From: Eledone cirrhosa
Taxonomy: Eukaryota
DNA: 64,000 nt
Reading direction: 5' to 3'
Assembly (NCBI GenBank): GCA_964016885.1
Contig: OZ024743.1
Location: forward strand, 329,406,001-329,470,000
Position 1 is the stretch's first letter. Each line of letters starts with the position of its first letter. This document shows, in pieces, positions 12,299-26,069 of the stretch. A program made the position numbers and the translations under genes. The notes beneath the pieces were generated by a model. That model was not told the origin of the DNA. It made no database searches and was given only the letters and a program-made list of their open reading frames with translations.

Positions 12299-13925
12299 AA
12301 AGTTTTATTTAAAATTGTTGGGTTACAACGAGTAAATATTTTATAACTGATATAAAAGCACTCAACAGTTTTTGGAGTAGGTTTACGATATTAAACAAAT
12401 GGAAACTATATTTATAAAACCATATTTATTTCGTTATATATATTTCTGGGATATCATATTAAAAATATGGTATGCCTTCCTCAGATAAAATACAATATAT
12501 AAGCTGTTTTATAAATAATTTTGACATACCTTAGAATAATGCAACTTCCATTTAAAAGTTGATTTGGTAGTGAAACTGTTAGGACAGTTATATAGAAAGA
12601 AAGATTAAGAAAAAACGAAGATAAAAAAGAAGAAGATGAAGAGATGTATGTAAATAAAAAAGAAGAAGATGAAGAGATGTATGTAAAGAAAAACAACAGA
12701 GCTTCTATAATAAATATAAGAGCATTTGTAGAATAAGTTTTGAATGATTTCTGCTAAATAAGGTTTGTTGAACAATTTTGGTTTTTGTTTGCTTTTGATT
12801 CTGATTGCTTCTAATGAACATGACAACATTTGTCAAATAAATTGGAAGGGTGGTTTTATGTGACTGATATGCGTGGCATACTATGTTCTCTTACGTCCCT
12901 AGATACTCTGTGGAGTGACGAAGATATTCTTGGCGTTTTTAATTTTTAATATTGATATCTGTTGTCTATTCTATGCTTGATCGATAATCATGTAAGTGAG
13001 GCAGGAATATTACTATAAATGTTAATGTATATTTTATTGCTATATATATATATATGTATGTACATATATGTATGGTGGAATCTTTTGTAACGCAATGAAG
13101 ATTTTCATGAAAAATAAGAATCTGTGGAGCATATCACGTAAGTTCACATGTGTGTCTATAATTATCAACTTGAATTTGAGATAACCTTCTCTTTTCTCTT
13201 TTTTCTTTTTTCATGAGAATGCATATATACTTATGTTTGAAGTTTTGTCTCAGATTTTGCTTCTAGACCAAAGAATTTTTAAACTAAGCATGGGGTCATT
13301 TTTTCACACTTATGGATATGTGTCTCATTCATGAATACTGATATTTACATTATAATACCTAATTCATAAAAATTGATAATTCAAATTGATGAGACATATA
13401 TATTTTTAATATATTTTAAATATATCATCTTTCTTTCTTTTTCTTCCTCTACACTGGACGTGATTTATGTGTCGGCTATTTTAACTGTATCCCTTCCCTC
13501 CTTAACCTCTCATATATACGATGATCATCTGTCCCCAAGCTGCCCTACTATTTTTTCACTTCCTCAAAGTATTTCTCTCTCCCATATCTCCTTCTCTCTC
13601 TATCTCGCTCTGTTGTTTTTTCTTTACATACATCTCTTCATCTTCTTCTTTTTTATTTACATACATCTCTTCATCTTCTTCTTTTTATCTTCGTTTTTCT
13701 TCGTCTTTCTTTCTATATAACTGTCCTAACAGTTTCACTACCAAATCAACTTTTAAATGGAAGTTGCATTATTCTAAGGTATGTCAAAATTATTTATAAA
13801 ACAGCTTATATATTGTATTTTGTCTGAGGAAGGCATACCATATTTTTTAATATGATATCCCAGAAATATATATAACGAAATAAATATGGTTTTATAAATA
13901 TAGTTTCCATTTGTTAATATCGTAT
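12296..13925. mobile_element. Large (TA)n-flanked fold-back element with ~310-bp inverted arms, each with an HHR
   Basis: 12390-12702 is the reverse complement of ~13608-13922; HHRs at 12427-12492 (-) and 13816-13882 (+). Confidence 0.75.
13816..13882 (+). ncRNA. Type I hammerhead ribozyme
   Basis: TATTTTGT-CTGAGGA-AGGCATACCATATT..AATATGATATCCCA-GAAA-TATATA-TA^-ACGAAATA. Stem I has G-C where the 1325 copy has A-T. Confidence 0.7.
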
Positions 13926-13930
13926 ATATA

Positions 13931-14685
<755 letters not shown>

Positions 14686-14770
14686 CATATATATACCCAT
14701 ATATATACCCATATATATACCCATATATAAACATATATATATAAATATACATATATATATCCATATATAT

Positions 14771-14812
<42 letters not shown>

Positions 14813-15040
14813 CAAAACTAACGAAGATCGCTTGTATGTATATATATATATATATATGCATGTATATTATTACTTCCTTACGGGGTCGATAAAATAAAGT
14901 ACCAGTAATACACTGGATATTTGCTGGCTTTGTGCCAACAGTAGAAACAATTATTACTTCAGATGTTTTTAAAAGTATCTGAAGTAATTAGATGGGTTTA
15001 CAATTTTGAAACCAAAAGCAATGCATAAATGTCATAAACA

Positions 15041-15158
<118 letters not shown>

Positions 15159-15294
15159 TATAGACCTCAAACATTCAGAGAAATTATAGTGTAGATAAAT
15201 GAGACGAGAAAGAAGGATTCAGTAAAGTTTAGATGGAGTGTCAAACATATATCATTGATAAGTGAAAAAACCAACAATAGGCGACTGTTAGTGT

Positions 15295-16986
15295 TTAACC
15301 CTTTCGTTACTATATTTCTAACGAAAGACAGTATGTTTTTAACCCTTTCTTTACTATATTTCTAACGAAAGACACTGAATATGTCTTTATCCCTTTCTTT
15401 ACTATATTTCTAACGAAAGACACTGATATGTCTTTAACCCTTTCTTTACTATATTTCTAACGAAAGACAGTATGTCTTTAAATCTTTCATTACTATATTT
15501 CTAACGAAAGACATTGTATATGTCTTTAACCCTTTCTTTACTATATTTCTAACGAAAGACACTGTATATGTCTTTAACCCTGTCGTTACCATATTTCTAA
15601 CGAAAGACACTATGTCTTTAACTCTTTCATTACTATATTTCTAATGAAAGACACTGTCTATGCCATTAACCCCTTCATTACCATATTTCTAACGAAAGAC
15701 ACTGTCTATGTCATTAACCCTTTCGTTACTATATTTCTAATGAAAGACACTGTCTATGTCTTTAACTCTTTGATTACCATATTTCTAATGAAAGACACTG
15801 TCTATGCCATTAACCCCTTCATTACCATATTTCTAACGAAAGACATTGTCTATGTCATTAACCCTTTCATTACCATATTTCTAATGAAAAACACTGTCTA
15901 TGTCATTAACCCTTTCATTACAATATTTCTAATGAAAGACACTGTCTATGTCATTAACCCTTTCATTACCATATTTCTAATGAAAGACCCTGTCTATGCC
16001 ATTAACTCTTTCATTACCATATTTCTAATGAAAGACACTGTCTATGTCTTTAACCCTCTCATTACCATATTTCTAATGAAAAACACTGTCTATGTCATTA
16101 ACCCTTTCATTACAATATTTCTAATGAAAGACACTGTCTATGTCATTAACCCTTTCATTACCATATTTCTAATGAAAGACCCTGTCTATGCCATTAACCC
16201 TTTCATTGCCATATTTCTAATGAAAGACACTGTCTATGTCATTAACCCTTTCATTACCATATTTCTAATGAAAGACACTGTCTATGTCTTTAACCCTCTC
16301 ATTACCATATTTCTAATGAAAGACACTGTCTATGCCATTAACCCTTTCATTACCATATTTCTAATGAAAGACACTGTCTATGTCATTAGCCCTTTCATTA
16401 CCATATTTCTAATGAAAGACCCTGTCTATGCCATTAACTCTTTCATTACCATATTTCTAATGAAAGACACTGTCTATGTCATTAACCCTTTCATTACCAT
16501 ATTTCTAATGAAAGACACTGTCTATGTCTTTAACCCTCTCATTACCATATTTCTAATGAAAGACACTGTCTATGTCATTAACTCTTTCATTACCATATTT
16601 CTAATGAAAGACCCTGTCTATGCCATTAACTCTTTCATTACCATATTTCTAATGAAAGACACTGTCTATGTCGTTAACCCTTTCATTACCATATTTCTAA
16701 TGAAAGACACTGTCTATGTCATTAACCCTCTCATTACCATATTTCTAATGAAAGACACTGTCTATGTCATTAACCCTTTCATTACCATATTTCTAATGAA
16801 AGAGCCTGTCTATGCCATTAACCCTTTCATTACCATATTTCTAATGAAAGAGCCTGTCTATGTCATTAACCCTTTCATTACCATATTTCTAATGAAAGAC
16901 ACTGTCTATGTCATTAACCCTTTCATTTCCATATTTCTAATGAAAGACCCTGTCTATGTCATTAACCCCTTCATTACCATTAACCC
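15295..16986. repeat. 48-bp minisatellite (TTAACCCTTTCATTACCATATTTCTAATGAAAGACACTGTCTATGTCA)n
   Basis: The unit is a multiple of 3, which produces the spurious 498-aa ORF of MKDTVYVINPFITIFL repeats. Confidence 0.95.
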
Positions 16987-16999
16987 TTCTTCTTCTTCT

Positions 17000-17148
17000 T
17001 CTTCTTCTTCTTCTTCTTCTTTTTCTTCTTCTTCTTCTTCTTCTTCTTCTTCTTCTTCTTCTTCTCGAAAGGGTCATGGGAACAGAGTCCTCAAGCACTC
17101 CTTCCAGTGGATCCTGTCAGAATCAACCGTTTCCAACTAATCCTGGTG
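17000..17148 (-). mobile_element. 3' end of RTE-like LINE with (GAA)n tail
   Basis: GGGTCATGGGAACAGAGTCCTCAAGCACTCCTTCCAG resembles 54857-54892 of the RTE-like copy and is next to (TTC)n. Confidence 0.55.
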
Positions 17149-17149
17149 A

Positions 17150-17636
17150 CTAGGAAAAGTCGGTAGACCTGCGGTGAGGCACCTGAAGAGGCAGGTCCAT
17201 ATCGCCCAACGGCATTGTCAGTAACTGGACGGGTGGACCAGTTCAATTACTCTGGGTCTGGTTTATTCCACACCTCCAGTTGGAGTAAATGAGTCGAGAG
17301 GAAGCTATCTCTGAGAGGTCAGGCAGAAGTGGCGCAAGCGTACATAGCGTCCGTCATCTATTACCACCTGACTGCCTTGTCTTGCCCCAATTCTCGTCTA
17401 ACCGCACTGGATTGTTTACTCTTTCTCTACTTATGGAAGGGACGCACTCCACTGGTCAGGTGATCCATCTGCTGTCAACAGCCGCTGCGTGAAGGATTGG
17501 GCATGCTCTGGCTGATGATGCGCAAACATTCGCAATATAAACAATTGAACATATTGCAGGTGGGATGGCGCTTTGTCAGCCACGTCTTTCCACAGCTCGT
17601 TCTTTTGACTGAGCTGTAGTCTTGGATCAAGCAAAG

Positions 17637-17686
<50 letters not shown>

Positions 17687-18370
17687 TGCTTGGAAACTAG
17701 AATATCTTCAAGCGCTCGCTGTCCCCTGCCAATCTTTCTCTTGCGTGTTATTGGCAGGTGACGACATTCTTGGGGATATTCTGGGCGTCGAAGAAAATCA
17801 ACTAGCGACTCTTTTCCGGAGTACCTTCGGTCCAGGGCCCATGGATAATCCCCCCCCCCCCCCCAAAAAAAAATCCTGACCTGGCAGTGCTAACGGGGAG
17901 CATTGCCAGTTCGAGATATACTCTACATGTATGGAATTGCTTTCAACCGATTCTTTCCGAATTGTCCGTAGGGTGACGAAACCGTTCTGCAGACATTCAC
18001 CCAATGTCCGAGAATTGCTGACTTATGGCTTACGTAAAAACCTGCTGTCACTTGTAGGACGGATTCGGCTATCATCTGAGTCTATTGAGAAGATCACCCT
18101 TCCGTCTCCCTTTAATCGGGAAGGACAGGCAGTTTTTATCTGTCGAGGGAGGGAGGGGGCATGGCGAAAGAGATGATGTGGTGGGCGCGTATGGAAATAT
18201 TGAAGGCAAGCACATACCTCTTCGGCGTTATCCCGGATTAACTTTTTCAGGTTACACTGAGGGTGGAGAGGGCAGTGCCGCCCCCTTTCAACCAGTATGT
18301 TAAAAGGTGGGTGAGAGTGTTGAGCATGGACCAATGGGATTACTCTCAGTATACACCTGTACATTGGGAA
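17150..18370 (+). mobile_element. Degraded L1/Tx1-like non-LTR retrotransposon, ORF2 C-terminal part
   Basis: Frame-shifted fragments WTGGPVQLLWVWF, AEVAQAYIASVIYYHLT, a degenerate zinc-finger CP*GDETVLQTFTQCP, and VGRIRLSSESIEKI. Recognised by resemblance to Tx1-type ORF2. Confidence 0.6.
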
Positions 18371-18523
18371 ACAACTGGGAGGGAGCACTTGTTGGCCTTA
18401 TGCCTAAATCAGAAATCATTATTATTATTATTCCTTTTTTATTACCTTTGGGTTTTCTTCCACTCTTTTTTCCTTCCTCCTTTCTTTATTCTTTCATCCA
18501 ACATCCATTTATTTATTTCACTC

Positions 18524-18594
<71 letters not shown>

Positions 18595-19035
18595 TCCATT
18601 CACGTCTAAATTTTTCCATATCTTGTTGACCTATCTTCTTCCTTATCATCTCCGCCACCACCCATCATCACCCCACAATGATCACCATCATCGTCGGCAC
18701 CACCACCACTACCACCACCACCACCACCACCACCACCACCACCACCACCACCATCTTCCGGTAAAATTATTTCCTTTCATAGGTTATTAAGCCCTTATTT
18801 CTTTCTACTTCCTCTCCCTATTCTTTCTGACCTACAACCACCACCACTATAAACCCCACCCTCACCCTCACTAATATAGACCCAATTCAGCCCCTACTCC
18901 CAACTGCCCAAGTATATAAGGCTGATGGCAGAAGAATGGTAATTATGGTCATAAGTAAAGACTTGCAGATGTATAATTTATCTACTCAATAGATATCGGT
19001 ACAGCCCCCGCCCCACCCCCTCTCTCTGTATATGG

Positions 19036-19075
<40 letters not shown>

Positions 19076-19168
19076 CCGTATATATACACATACATGCGTA
19101 CACATACATAGGTACACATACATTCATACATATATATTCATACATATATATACATATATATATGTATG

Positions 19169-19242
<74 letters not shown>

Positions 19243-19559
19243 ACATACATACATACATAACATAAATACATACATACATATATACATACACACTTACTTA
19301 CATATATACGTATATACATACATAATATATATACATAACATATATACATACACACATACACATCTCTCTCTCACTATCTTCACATTGATAGATCTGTGAT
19401 ATTGACCAAATATGCTTCCATTAAAATGTTTCGTACTAAATTACCATGGATGCCAGCTGCCTGTAGAACCAACAGTAAAGTGCAAGCAATGAGGAGAAAA
19501 TCATTTAAGAATGATAGGAAGACAATCCAGGAATTTAACTTAACTTAATTATAATGAAT

Positions 19560-19830
19560 TAATAATTATTTCTAGTTTTGGCACAACGCCAGCAATTATC
19601 CTAGTGTATTACTGGTACTTTATTTGTAATAATGAATTAATAATTGTTTTTACTTTTGGCACAAGGCCAGCAATTAGCCCAGTGTATTACTGGTACTTTA
19701 TTTTATCGACTCCATAAGGATGAAATCAAAGTTAACCTCGGCGGGATTTGAACTCAGACCATAAAGGGCCGTAACTCTATGCTGAAAAGCATGGCGTCCG
19801 ACCCTCCACCGATACTGCCAATCCACCGTC
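19560..19830 (-). mobile_element. tRNA-derived SINE, family A, with duplicated 3' part
   Basis: Reverse complement has A-box-like TGGCAGTATCGG and B-box GAGTTCAAATCC. Confidence 0.75.
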
Positions 19831-20009
19831 CCATGAATTAATAATTCCGTGTAGTGGGGACCATGACTGCCGGAGTTGGTAGGTTCATACATATTTGGTA
19901 CCGTTTGCTTTTCATTTAAATTTTTCGTACGTTTATTATCATGACTGGATTTCTTGGTGCATTTTAGGGACTTTTGAAATTCAAGGGAGAAACATTTTCT
20001 TCTTCGCCC

Positions 20010-20225
20010 ACTTATAATTGAGGGGGCCGTAGGGGAAGAGACCACAAACAGTCCTTCCAGCGGGTCCTGTCACAAGAAACCGTCTCAAGTTGGTCCGGAT
20101 GGATCCGTAAACGAGACCAGCGGAGCTCATGGTTGTGATCCAGCCATCTTGCTCGGGCCTACCTCATAAGTCTCCTGCCGATTGGTTTTGTCCGTAGAAT
20201 CTGTCCAGCGAATCTTTCCTTGTGG
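20010..20225 (-). mobile_element. RTE-like LINE 3' fragment
   Basis: Similar to 54880-55050 (CCAGCCATCTTGCTCGGGCCTAC vs CAACCATCTTGGTCGGGGCCTAC). Confidence 0.5.
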
Positions 20226-20249
20226 GACAAACTTTATTTATACACACAC

Positions 20250-20313
<64 letters not shown>

Positions 20314-20383
20314 GGGGGATTATGTTTGCTATAGTCATATTGCCACATTTCCAATAAAAACACACCTACTATTTGAGTGTGTA

Positions 20384-20438
<55 letters not shown>

Positions 20439-20547
20439 TATATATTAGAAAATAGAATAGCTTTCACCGTATTTTTTTACTAAAGAAATTTTAGTCTGAT
20501 AATGGGGTTTAGAACCCTCAGATAAATGGAAAAAGATGAGTATTGAC

Positions 20548-20629
<82 letters not shown>

Positions 20630-20632
<3 letters not shown>

Positions 20633-21010
20633 ATATAATTGAATATAAAAGAAAAACGAACACAGATATATACATATATGTGTTCAAATCGCAAGGGACG
20701 AGATTCGCTAAAGTGAAAAGAATACTAACTATAGACAATAGGGTTTGCGAAACAGTACCAAGCTGTCCGGTTTGTATTTATTTTCTTGATTTTTTCTTAA
20801 ATTGAGTCTGGCAAACCCAATTGTCTATAGTTAGTATACTTTTCAGCTTAGCGAATCCGTTCCCTTGCGATTTGAACACTTATATGTATATATCTGTGTT
20901 TATCTCTCTTTTATATTCAATTATAATATACGCCTCGGAAAAATCTCTTTCATAGAGCTATTTTATTGTAAGAGGCTATTTTGAGTTCCTAACTCAATAT
21001 ATACCTTTGA
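20630..21010. mobile_element. (TA)n-flanked fold-back module, no intact HHR core seen
   Basis: 20631-20748 is an imperfect reverse complement of 20811-20927, followed by a unique tail. Confidence 0.65.
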
Positions 21011-21029
21011 TATATATATATATATATAT

Positions 21030-21562
21030 AGATTTTGAGTTTATGTTGGTTGTATACCAACACCTCAGTATGCAGGCCGGAGCACTCGACGAAGTGCGCA
21101 GGTTGGTTTGGTTACTCCGGAGTAGTGTAAAATAAAGTTAAATAAAAGTCAAATGATTAAAATTTAGCTTCGTTTATTACTGCTATATATATTTCAGTGA
21201 CAGCCATCTTTGGCTGTGACCTCTTCAGGCAGTTTGAATTAGTATGGTATAGACAAGTACATATGTTGTTTAGGTGTATGATATTGTCAATACTCTGATA
21301 TGCCCAGTTCCTTGTTGGGTTGTTAATTCACTGGGGAACTGGAGTCATAGAACTCCAGTTCCCCAGTGAATTAACAACCCAACAAGGAACTGGGCATATC
21401 AGAGTATTGACAATATCATACACCTAAACAACATATGTACTTGTCTATACCATACTAATTCAAACTGCCTGAAGAGGTCACAGCCAAAGATGGCTGTCAC
21501 TGAAATATATATAGCAGTAATAAACGAAGCTAAATTTTAATCATTTGACTTTTATTTAACTT

Positions 21563-21570
<8 letters not shown>
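21030..21570. mobile_element. (TA)n-flanked near-perfect ~440-bp palindrome with two HHRs
   Basis: 21129-21345 and 21351-21568 are reverse complements around a few-nt loop. HHRs at 21179-21233 (-) and 21464-21518 (+). Half copy at 22385-22602, relative at 47490-47808. Confidence 0.8.
21464..21518 (+). ncRNA. Type I hammerhead ribozyme
   Basis: ACTGC-CTGAAGA-GGTCACAGCCA(AAGA)TGGCTGTCACT-GAAA-TATATA-TA^-GCAGT. Confidence 0.8.
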
Positions 21571-21604
<34 letters not shown>

Positions 21605-21608
<4 letters not shown>

Positions 21609-21810
21609 AAGTATGACCCCGACGGCAGAGCTCAAGCCGTTTCGACGGTTATTTCTGGACGGCTATTTGAGTCCAGAAATAGCCGCCGAAACGGCTTGAG
21701 CTCTTCCGTCGGGGTCATACTTTTTCCTATTTCCCACTCTATATTACCTTAAGTATTGAATACTCTGGTGCGTTATGGTCCATCTGGTCCCTTGCTACAT
21801 TTCGTTTGTT
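21605..21810 (+). mobile_element. (TA)n-flanked fold-back module carrying the 3' half of an HHR (family also at 43435-43628 and 24835-24885)
   Basis: Stem II GACGGCTATTT/AAATAGCCG(C/T)C-GAAA-CGGC..(G/T)CCG-TC. The CUGANGA half is missing at the inversion point. Confidence 0.65.
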
Positions 21811-22194
21811 ATATATATATATACGTGTGTGTATGCGTATATATAAATGTGTGTGTGTGTGTGTATACATACATATATATGTGTGTGTGTATATATATGT
21901 GCGGGTGTCTGTGATTTATATACACTGATCATAGACACACGTGTATATATATATATATATATGTAGGAGGTGAGTTTTATTGTAGTACAATAAAGCAATG
22001 CAGATATCGGATAAGTAGCACTCTACAGTTTGTAGGACTGGAGTATAAATAATAATATATAAGATCAAAAGATGGTAAAAGAGTTCCATGTATTTTATTA
22101 TGCGTATTTCAAAAGGTTAAAACACACTTGTGAATATGTTGATTTAAAACTGCAATATTCACAAGTGTGTTTTAACATTCATATCATGTCTCCC

Positions 22195-22265
22195 TATTTT
22201 ATCTGACGAAAACGCAAATGTTATTGCATGATGATATTTGTTTTTGAAATGCGCATAATAAAATA
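22195..22265 (+). ncRNA. Type I hammerhead ribozyme within module 21962-22305
   Basis: TATTTTAT-CTGACGA-AAACGCAAAT...ATTTGTTTTT-GAAA-TGCGCA-TA^-ATAAAATA. Confidence 0.8.
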
Positions 22266-22302
22266 CATTGAACTCTTTTAACCATCTTTTGATCTTATAT
22301 AT

Positions 22303-22390
<88 letters not shown>

Positions 22391-22627
22391 AAGTAAAATA
22401 AAAAGTCAAATGTTTAAAATTTAGCTTCGTTTATTACTGCTATATATATTTCGGTGACAGCCATCTTTGTCTGTGACCTCTTCAGGTAGTCCGAATTAGT
22501 GTGGTATAGACAAGTACATATGTTGTTGAGGTGTATAATTTTGTCAATACTGTGATCTTCCCAGTTCCTGGTTGGGTTGTTATTTCACTGAGGAACTGGA
22601 ATCATATATAAATATATATATATATAT

Positions 22628-23139
22628 AAAGAAAAAAAGATGAAATCGAAAATGCAACTGGAGTCTTATTTAAAAAAAATATATATACATATTTATTTGG
22701 TTCCTTTACCGGTTTCGCAGTTCTTTTGCTTTTCAAAAGTAGAGTTGAGATGGAGGGTCTGTGGTTTTTCTCACATCTGTTTGGTCTTTGAATGTTACTT
22801 GTTTTATATGGAAAAAAAGTGGCTCGAAAGGCCAGGTTTTTAGAGAAGTAATTTGATTGGTTGTTCTCTAAAAACCTGACCTTTCGAGCCACTTTTTTCC
22901 ATATAAAACAAGTAACATTCAAAAACAAACCAGATGTGAGAAAAACCACAGACCCTCCATCTCAACTCTACTTTTGAAAGCAGAAGAACTGCGAAACCGG
23001 TAAAGGAACCAAATAAATATATATATATATTTTTTTAAAATAAGACTCCAGTTGCATTTTCGATTTCATCTTTTTTTCTTTATACTTTCACTCGTGTAGG
23101 ACACCTCGGTTATTTTTCATTTTGTAAAAAAAACCTCAC

Positions 23140-23145
<6 letters not shown>
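22628..23145. mobile_element. (TA)n-flanked fold-back module with HHR-like motif (family also at 61870-62072)
   Basis: ~220-bp inverted arms; motif CTT-TTGAAAA-GCA(G/A)AAGAACTGC-GAAA-CCGG-TA-AAG at 22704-22739 (-). Confidence 0.7.
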
Positions 23146-23214
<69 letters not shown>

Positions 23215-23548
23215 CACATATATATATATATACACAACAATACCACCAAGTCTCTTCCATTCTCCTTCTCTGTCTCGTCTCCCTCTCCCCATGTCTCTCT
23301 TTAAATCTACTCTGTCACAAACACCATCTCTTCCTCTCTTTCTTTCTCGCTCTCTCTCTGTTTATGAAGGTACCCGAAAACACCCCATATCTGGTCCGAT
23401 TTACTCGAAACTTGTTTTATTCCATTTGTATTCCTATTTCACGGTCAACTTTCTTTCGACGTATTTTCCCATTATGCGCCCTTTTGGCTGTATTACATTA
23501 CAGACAAGCAAGCAAGTAATCACATACTTTTAGTATTATACTAGCAGA

Positions 23549-23826
23549 ATGATTCGGCGTTGCTCGGGATTTGCTCTAGGGCTCTTATATGTACGATATA
23601 TATTCATCCTTATCGAGCCTCGTGAAATAAATACGTTTGTTTATATTTTGTTATTGTGTACACAATATCTGTACACGAATATATAATTATATATATACAT
23701 ATATTAAAATAACAGATTAAAGTTTTAAGCAAAGAATCGCTGTTTTCACCCTTAACGGTATCTTCTGAAAATAAAAAAAATCAATCTGTGAACGCAGAAG
23801 TAAATATTTCGAAAAACATTACACAC

Positions 23827-23857
<31 letters not shown>

Positions 23858-24170
23858 TATATATACATATATATACACACACACACATATAGCATCATAA
23901 TGTCGTAATGCAGACAGCCTGACATACAGACAGATATAAGGTCGCAACGTTATATCTATGTATTTATCTAAAAAGAAAGACTAAGAATTATATAGAGAGA
24001 TGGCTAAATGCGGTCTCTAGGGCATTGAAAATTTGAAACGTTTTTTGCTCAAAACACTCACAGGACCATAAGTATTACACGTGTAAAGTTTGAATACAAT
24101 CGGTTGGGTGGTTCTTGAGTTTTAGGAGTCAGACAGAGAGACAGACATTCTCTGTTTTAGATATATAGAT
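23549..24170 (+). mobile_element. Non-autonomous Helitron/Helentron-like repeat (related copy ~24890-25905)
   Basis: Begins TACTAGCAGAATGATTCGGCGTTGCTCGGG and ends with (GACA)n-like ...TTTTAGATATATAGAT, a DINE-1/HINE-like layout. Both copies share AAGTTT..AATCGG(T/C)TGG(G/-)T(G/A)GTT(C/T)TTGAGTTTTAGG. Confidence 0.4.
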
Positions 24171-26003
24171 AGATAGATCGATTAGCTTATTTTAGCAAAT
24201 TTCGTCCGTCACACATTCTTCGACCTCCTCAATGACTCTTTGTTTTCCTCTCTGCATCCTTTTCTTTCTGGTATTCTTTTCTTTTCTCCATCTTTCTGTT
24301 GTACGTTTCTCTTAGGCTGTGTATGTGTATGTGTGGGGGCTTCCTTCGTGTTTTCTGTTGAGGCTCGCTCTACTCTCAATTATATGTGTGGCCTCCGTAA
24401 TTTGTCTGTTGATAGGATCTTTACTTCTATATTATCTGTCGAGCATCCATTTTCTAGTTTCGTATGTTGGAATAGTATTGATGAGCGTTTCTCCTCTTCA
24501 AGGTCTTGCCAGTTTCCTTCATCCACTGTTCTATGCCACGCGCTGTCTCTTTTAGATACATAGATATTATGTTTCTGCGCTGTCACTATAGACTCCATTC
24601 CTAGTCTTGCCGTTTAATGCGAGCTTACCTCACACACTATATAGTTTCTCTCAGAACAGGGTTTATTTCTTATACAGGTTTGTCTTACTAAGGAGGGAAT
24701 TTTGCCGGAGTCCTTAGCTTTTCTATCACTTTAATTCTTCGGCTCACATCAAGAAAATACACACACGCGCGCAGATACAGACACACACACACATACACAC
24801 ACAGAAACGCCCCCCCCCCAACACACACATATCTAGCTGTCGAAACGGCTAGAGCTCAGCCGTCGGAGTCCTGAATCTTTTCATGTATATATACCAGCTG
24901 AAGTATCCAGCGTTGCTAGGGTTTAAGTAATACAATTGTTTGTGTAGAAACAACACTCGATGAAGCTCTCAGTTGAATTAAGTCTGATAGGAAAACTCGG
25001 TCATCGTCGGGGATGTCCACTCCACGGCCAACTGGTTAATGCGACCGGAAGAGGCCTTCTATCCGTCCTGTAAAATGTTCCATTCGGTTAAATATGCGCA
25101 TGTTAGCAGCAAAGATGACAGACTAAGGTGGGTAAGTAATTTTTAAATATCCTTACGGCCCATGTGTCAACTGTGGCCCGTTCAAGATTTCTATTCGATT
25201 CGCAAAGGGTTCCGCCCGGTGTACAATTTTGGAAAATAACCCCGCATTACCCAACCAGAGCCCATAAATCCCATTGGCCTGGGTAAAACCCGGCCCGTGG
25301 AGAGAAAATTCAATCGTTATCCATCTCATTGTTGTACAGCCCTCTGTCCCGCTGGAGAAAACCACCCACTGCACATAAGTGGTGCATCTATGATATTTTA
25401 AAAAAGCATTTGCGACATTCGATATTTGCTTTATTAAGGTGCCCTGGGGAAACTTTTAACATCTTATTGATATACAAATTATGCACCTGTACAGTTTAAA
25501 GCAAATTGGTTGCTCATATCAGAAGAAATAAATCAAATGAAAAATAGGTTTGTGCGGCCTTTTGCCTTCCGCGAGTTTCGCAGCCTAGCGCCATCCTTAG
25601 CACATAATTTATCTGTGTTTCAATTTTGAAGGAAATCGGTTGAGAACTTTAAAAGTTATGGCAGAAAATAACATTCATATGAGCATTTGCATGCAAATGT
25701 CCTATTGATTTATAAAAAATTGATGCAGACTGGAAATTATCGATTTTTTAAAACTTCAAAGTACGTAAGAAATCAAATGGGCATGAGAGCCACACGCGTG
25801 TCAAGTTTCATCAAGATCGGCTTGGTAGTTTTTGAGTTTTAGGTTCACAAACAAATCCACAAACAAATACACAAACAGACAGAAATTGACATTCATATAT
25901 GTATATATATACAAATATATATAATTAAATTCAATTTAATAGTTTATTAAACCTCGCCCCAAGGACAGTGCTCTACACCGTGGATATTTTTACCGAACCA
26001 TTA

Positions 26004-26069
<66 letters not shown>

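Noticed and set aside
15644-17140. 498-aa repetitive ORF
   Set aside because: A 48-bp satellite that is stop-free in one frame; upstream units carry frameshifts and the ORF runs into a (TTC)n LINE tail.
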